A DNA stretch of 10,063 nt from Elainellaceae cyanobacterium (lineage in GTDB: Bacteria; Cyanobacteriota; Cyanobacteriia; CAZCXK01), in contig JBNPEG010000256.1 of assembly GCA_051117555.1 (NCBI GenBank), forward strand, positions 1 to 10,063, read 5' to 3'. Positions 6,558 to 10,063 of this stretch are shown one piece after another. The translations under genes and the position numbers were made by a program. The notes under the pieces were generated by a model. The model made no database searches, was not told the origin of the DNA, and worked only from the letters and a program-made list of their open reading frames with translations. Numbering within the stretch: position 1 is the stretch's first letter; each line of letters starts with the position of its first letter.

Positions 6558-7331
6558 GTGGGCTCCGTTCATATTTTAATCATTGAAAGTAATCCACATT
6601 TGCGCTCCCTACTTGGGTGGCACTTGCAGCAGTCGGGCTATTCAGTTCATCAATCGGCGAGCTTTCAGCAGGCGCGAGAAATTTTCCAAAGTCGTCAACC
6701 GAGTCTTGTGATTCTAGATTCTGAGTTGCCTGACGGAGATGGGCTTGAATTTTGTCGGTGGCTTCAGCCTCAGCAGTCTGCCTTGGTTTTGATGCTTTCG
6801 GCTCGAACGAGTGAAGCTGACATAGTTGCGGGTCTTAGGGCAGGGGCTGATGACTACTTGACAAAGCCGTTTGGAATGCAAGAGTTTTTAGCGCGAGTCG
6901 AAGCATTAACTCGGCGTTGTCGAACGGTGATTGCGCCAGTATCGCTAGATTATGGAGATTTGAAGATTGACCTGATTCAGCGGCGAGTACGGCTTAAAGC
7001 TGCCTTTATTGAGCTAACACCTCAAGAATTTAGTTTGCTTTATGTGCTAGCGCAAGCGGGTGGCGTGCCCCTCAGCCGGTCTGAGCTTCTACAAAAAGCC
7101 TGGCCTGATGAAATAGATAATCGCCGCACTGTCGACACTCATATTTTGTCTCTCCGCAAAAAAATAGAGGTTGATCCGCGCCAGCCCAATCTAATTCAGA
7201 CTGTCCGTAATGTGGGCTATCGATTTAATGTCGAACGGGTTGATTCTGCGTTGCCGCCGCCCGCTTCATCATCAGTTCATCACGCCAAGACCATGGTTCG
7301 TTCATTGCCCAAAACGGTTGAAAGTCGGTAG
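6558..7331 (+). CDS. nrrA: OmpR/PhoB-family response regulator NrrA (Rre37 / Sll1330 / All4312 orthologue)
   Basis: Characteristic N-terminus (M)GSVHILIIESNPHLRSLLGWHLQQ; receiver ILD..LPDGDG, MLSAR, GADDYLTKPF; winged helix LTPQEFSLL...RTVDTHILSLRKKIE.DP..P.LIQTVRNVGYRF. GTG 6558 fits the homologue N-terminus as I recall it and the promoter position; ATG 6540 or 6546 are alternatives. Confidence 0.85.
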   Translation: MGSVHILIIESNPHLRSLLGWHLQQSGYSVHQSASFQQAREIFQSRQPSLVILDSELPDGDGLEFCRWLQPQQSALVLMLSARTSEADIVAGLRAGADDYLTKPFGMQEFLARVEALTRRCRTVIAPVSLDYGDLKIDLIQRRVRLKAAFIELTPQEFSLLYVLAQAGGVPLSRSELLQKAWPDEIDNRRTVDTHILSLRKKIEVDPRQPNLIQTVRNVGYRFNVERVDSALPPPASSSVHHAKTMVRSLPKTVESR

Positions 7332-7514
7332 TTATCGCCGGGGCTATTGAACAGCTTTCTGATGGCTTTCTATTGTTTGCATAGAGGCTTTCTAGATACG
7401 GACGGGGCAAAACGATTAGATTGCGCGGCAGTTAAACGATAGGATCAGACACTAAGCAGATCTTAAGTTCCAGTCCGTTGAACTGCTCGCAGTAATTAAG
7501 AGGTATCTGGATTC

Positions 7515-9713
7515 ATGACGGCTGTCACACAAGCTCCGACCTTCTGTGAAGGCATTCAGTATTTTGGTAATGCTCCTGACGGGTTTGATACTCATGGGAA
7601 AGCTCCGGTAATTGGCGACGGGATGACGGCGATCGCCAGTCCAACGGATGCGGCTGCTATCTACCAAACGATGCTGTATGCGGATGCGCTTCGCTATCTT
7701 ATTTTGCAAGTTACCAGCAGCAAAGCATCTGGGCACCCCGGCGGATTTGCCAGCCAAGCTGAAGCGTATGCATCCCTCGTGATGCTCGGCTACAAAAATA
7801 TCATCACCGAGGTTGGGCATCATGCTCCGGGCTTTTATAGCGCCATGTTTCTCGATCGATCGCTTGAGGATATGGGCATTCATACGGTTCAAAACCTGCG
7901 CGATCGCTTCCGAGAACTGCATGGGCTGCTCGGGCACCTTTCTGGCTATATTCCCGGCATTCTTGGCCCCGCAGGCCCGTTAGGCCAAGGGCAGCATTTT
8001 GCCATGGCGGCGGCGCTGCTCAATCGAGATACCTTATTTCCGTTTACGGTCGGAGATGGGGGGCTAGGCGAACCCTATGTGATGAGTGCGATTGCCCATT
8101 TCCATACGGCCTATCCAGATATCACAAACTTCTTGCCCATTCTCGTCTGGAATGGGTTTTCTCAAGAACACCACAGCATGGTGTCTACCTTTTCTAATCA
8201 GCAAATGACTGCCTATTGGCGCGGTAATGGGTTTGATGAGGTGATTTTGGTTGATGCCAAAAACTTTGATGACCAGAATCAGCCTGGAGAGTATGTCGAC
8301 AGCACTGAGTTTTCGCTAGAGAAACGGCTTGAATTTACCCGTGCCGTGTTGACGTCGACCCAGCAAGCAGCCAAGTCAGCCCTATCGGGCAAGCTGACGG
8401 TGCTGATTATCAAACAGCTTAAAGGCGCAGGCGTTCATGCCCGTGGATCAAAGTCTCACAACCTGTATGGCTATCACACCCTGGATAATCCTGATATTGT
8501 CGGTGCTCTGAAAGCTCGCGCCCTTCCGGCGGATGCGTGGGAATTGGTGCGCACCAATTGCGAACGGGCGGGGGGCGGTCCTGCGGCAAAGACAGTAATC
8601 ACCGAATTTGAGCTCGATTTGCCTGATTTGGGGGCGTTGCCCCTTGAGGAATTTGCAGTCGGGGGCGATCGCAAAGTGTCCACCACGGCGATGGGTGCAC
8701 TGGTGGCTCATGTGGGTAATCAAGATCCCAACTTTTTGGTGTCAAATGCAGACGGTAACGAAGCCTCAGGCATCAAAAATATCAACGACGCACTCAAAAT
8801 CATTCACCCCACTCCGGATGACCTCTACAACCAATCACCCACGGGGCAGGTCTATGAACCGCTCAGCGAAGATGCCTGTTCGGGGTTGGCGGCGGGCATG
8901 GCGCTCATGGGCGGACGCACCCTTTGGTGTTCCTATGAATCATTTGCCATCAATGGTCTTCCTATTTGGCAAACGGTGACGCAGGCGATGGCAGAATTGC
9001 GTCGTTCAACGCCATCAACCATTACGCTCTATACGGCTGGCGCACTAGAGCAGGGACGGAACGGCTGGACGCATCAGCGCCCTGAGGTTGAAGCCTACTT
9101 CGCCGCCATGATGCGAAACGGAAATGTGTTTCCCCTCTTTCCACCCGACGCGAATAGCATTCAAATCTGCTACGATTGGGCGCTAACGACGAAGAACAAG
9201 GGCATTGTGATTACAGCAAGTAAATCTCCATTGCCGATTCGCACCACCTTTGAACAAACCCGCCAGGCGTTGACCGATGGGGCGATCGCCCTGAGTGAAA
9301 CATCGGGTGATCAAACCGTTGTGTTTGCGGTCGTCGGTGACATGATTCTCATGCCCGTATATGAAGCCGCTCAGGCTCTGCAATCTCAAGGCATTGGCAC
9401 TCGAATTGTGTCGGTGATTAGCCCCCGTCGGCTGTATCGCCCCAGTGATACGGCATGGGAAACCTGCACGAATCCAGAGGGTGGCTTCCTCGATGATGCC
9501 GAGTTTGAACGGTTATTTGGCGGCGATGCGCTCCTTGGGGTGACGGGAGGCGCGAGCGGTATGCTTGAACCGATCATGTTGCGCAGCACTGCAAACCGGG
9601 ACACGTTTGCCTGGAAGCGGGGTGAAACCACGAATAGCCCGACTCTGCTAATGGATCTAAACGGCATCACGGCAGAGGCACTGAAACAGCGGGCGATCGC
9701 CCTTTTAGGGTAA
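7515..9713 (+). CDS. ThDP-dependent phosphoketolase / transketolase-like enzyme, cyanobacterial (Sll0529-like) type
   Basis: 732 aa with SGHPGG, EVGHHAPG, GHLSG..PG....GPLGQG, ThDP motif GDGGLGEP...LVWNG, EPLSEDAC and QGRNGWTHQRP. AGAGG upstream as a possible RBS. Confidence 0.88.
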   Translation: MTAVTQAPTFCEGIQYFGNAPDGFDTHGKAPVIGDGMTAIASPTDAAAIYQTMLYADALRYLILQVTSSKASGHPGGFASQAEAYASLVMLGYKNIITEVGHHAPGFYSAMFLDRSLEDMGIHTVQNLRDRFRELHGLLGHLSGYIPGILGPAGPLGQGQHFAMAAALLNRDTLFPFTVGDGGLGEPYVMSAIAHFHTAYPDITNFLPILVWNGFSQEHHSMVSTFSNQQMTAYWRGNGFDEVILVDAKNFDDQNQPGEYVDSTEFSLEKRLEFTRAVLTSTQQAAKSALSGKLTVLIIKQLKGAGVHARGSKSHNLYGYHTLDNPDIVGALKARALPADAWELVRTNCERAGGGPAAKTVITEFELDLPDLGALPLEEFAVGGDRKVSTTAMGALVAHVGNQDPNFLVSNADGNEASGIKNINDALKIIHPTPDDLYNQSPTGQVYEPLSEDACSGLAAGMALMGGRTLWCSYESFAINGLPIWQTVTQAMAELRRSTPSTITLYTAGALEQGRNGWTHQRPEVEAYFAAMMRNGNVFPLFPPDANSIQICYDWALTTKNKGIVITASKSPLPIRTTFEQTRQALTDGAIALSETSGDQTVVFAVVGDMILMPVYEAAQALQSQGIGTRIVSVISPRRLYRPSDTAWETCTNPEGGFLDDAEFERLFGGDALLGVTGGASGMLEPIMLRSTANRDTFAWKRGETTNSPTLLMDLNGITAEALKQRAIALLG

Positions 9714-9727
9714 TCGTCTCACGGGTT

Positions 9728-9776
9728 GCCCTACGGGCTCAGATTTGTGTGTAGAACCCGCGCGGGTTCTACACAC
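9728..9776. repeat. Palindromic dispersed repeat with a perfect 30-bp core and truncated right arm
   Basis: 9747-9776 GTGTGTAGAACCCGC|GCGGGTTCTACACAC is a perfect palindrome. The left extension GCCCTACGGGCTCAGATTT matches the reverse complement of 1-37. Confidence 0.8.
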
Positions 9777-9798
9777 GTTCAGCGTCTTAGCGCGAGAG

Positions 9799-9892
9799 CG
9801 AGAGTGTTCCTTAACTGTAGGGTCGCCGAGACGGTATGCTCCGCATTGCTAGGGCAAATGCACTTAATTACACAAAATTCGGAACACTCTCG
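9799..9892. mobile_element. 94-bp candidate MITE with perfect 12-bp terminal inverted repeats
   Basis: CGAGAGTGTTCC (9799-9810) and GGAACACTCTCG (9881-9892). No clear target-site duplication. Confidence 0.45.
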
Positions 9893-9947
9893 GTATTGGG
9901 TTCCGGGCTGTTCCAACCAATTTACAAACCGTTGTTTTGAGTGCCCG

Positions 9948-10063
9948 TTCCTTTAGTTCGAGCCCTCTTTCCTTTAGTTTGAGCCCTCTTTCCTTTAGTT
10001 TGAGCCCTCTTTCCTTTAGTTTGAGCCCTCTTTCCTTTAGTTTGAGCCTCATTTCCTTTAGTT
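9948..10063. repeat. 21-bp tandem repeat (TTCCTTTAGTTTGAGCCCTCT)n, at least 5.5 units, running off the window
   Basis: Units start at 9948, 9969, 9990, 10011, 10032 and 10053. The first 11 nt are invariant; variants occur in the second half of the unit. Confidence 0.95.

Larger units (their letters stand above)
726..9700. repeat. HIP1 octamer GCGATCGC, 14 dispersed copies
   Basis: Starts at 726, 1532, 1732, 2740, 3128, 3261, 3994, 5197, 5315, 7629, 7900, 8665, 9282 and 9693, counted by eye. Well under one copy is expected by chance in 10 kb. Confidence 0.9.

Noticed and set aside
7452..7937. 161-aa minus-strand ORF
   Set aside because: Antisense shadow of the well-conserved phosphoketolase with no recognisable motifs.
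8448..9670. Short ORFs nested in the phosphoketolase
   Set aside because: Shadow frames with no independent evidence.
9726..9956. 76-aa plus-strand ORF
   Set aside because: Runs across palindromic and MITE-like repeats with a TTG start and no RBS; likely spurious.
9948..10063. CRISPR-like array
   Set aside because: Units are head-to-tail and nearly identical, with no unique spacers and no cas genes in the window.

Overview
Cyanobacterial chromosomal window, judged from 14 HIP1 GCGATCGC octamers, psbQ/cyanoQ and heptamer STRR repeats. Seven credible protein genes, in order: an unusual ribbon-helix-helix + PAS + PAS protein with no enzymatic output domain (+); a GT4 glycosyltransferase and a multidomain sulfotransferase forming a likely two-gene operon (-); psbQ (-); a conserved small cyanobacterial protein, DUF6761-like (-); the divergent OmpR-type regulator NrrA/Rre37 with a well-spaced NtcA-type promoter (+); and a cyanobacterial-type ThDP phosphoketolase (+). 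Most intergenic regions are crowded with miniature repeats: two copies of a ~90-bp TA-ended MITE carrying a GC hairpin, a nested palindromic element with a 26-nt insert, GTAG-headed REP-like palindromes, a 94-bp element with 12-bp inverted ends, and 7-, 14- and 21-bp tandem repeats. No transposase, CRISPR array, rRNA or tRNA was seen. The best novelty candidate is the RHH-PAS-PAS one-component regulator next to the sulfated-glycan genes. All family assignments come from motif recognition by eye, not database searches.
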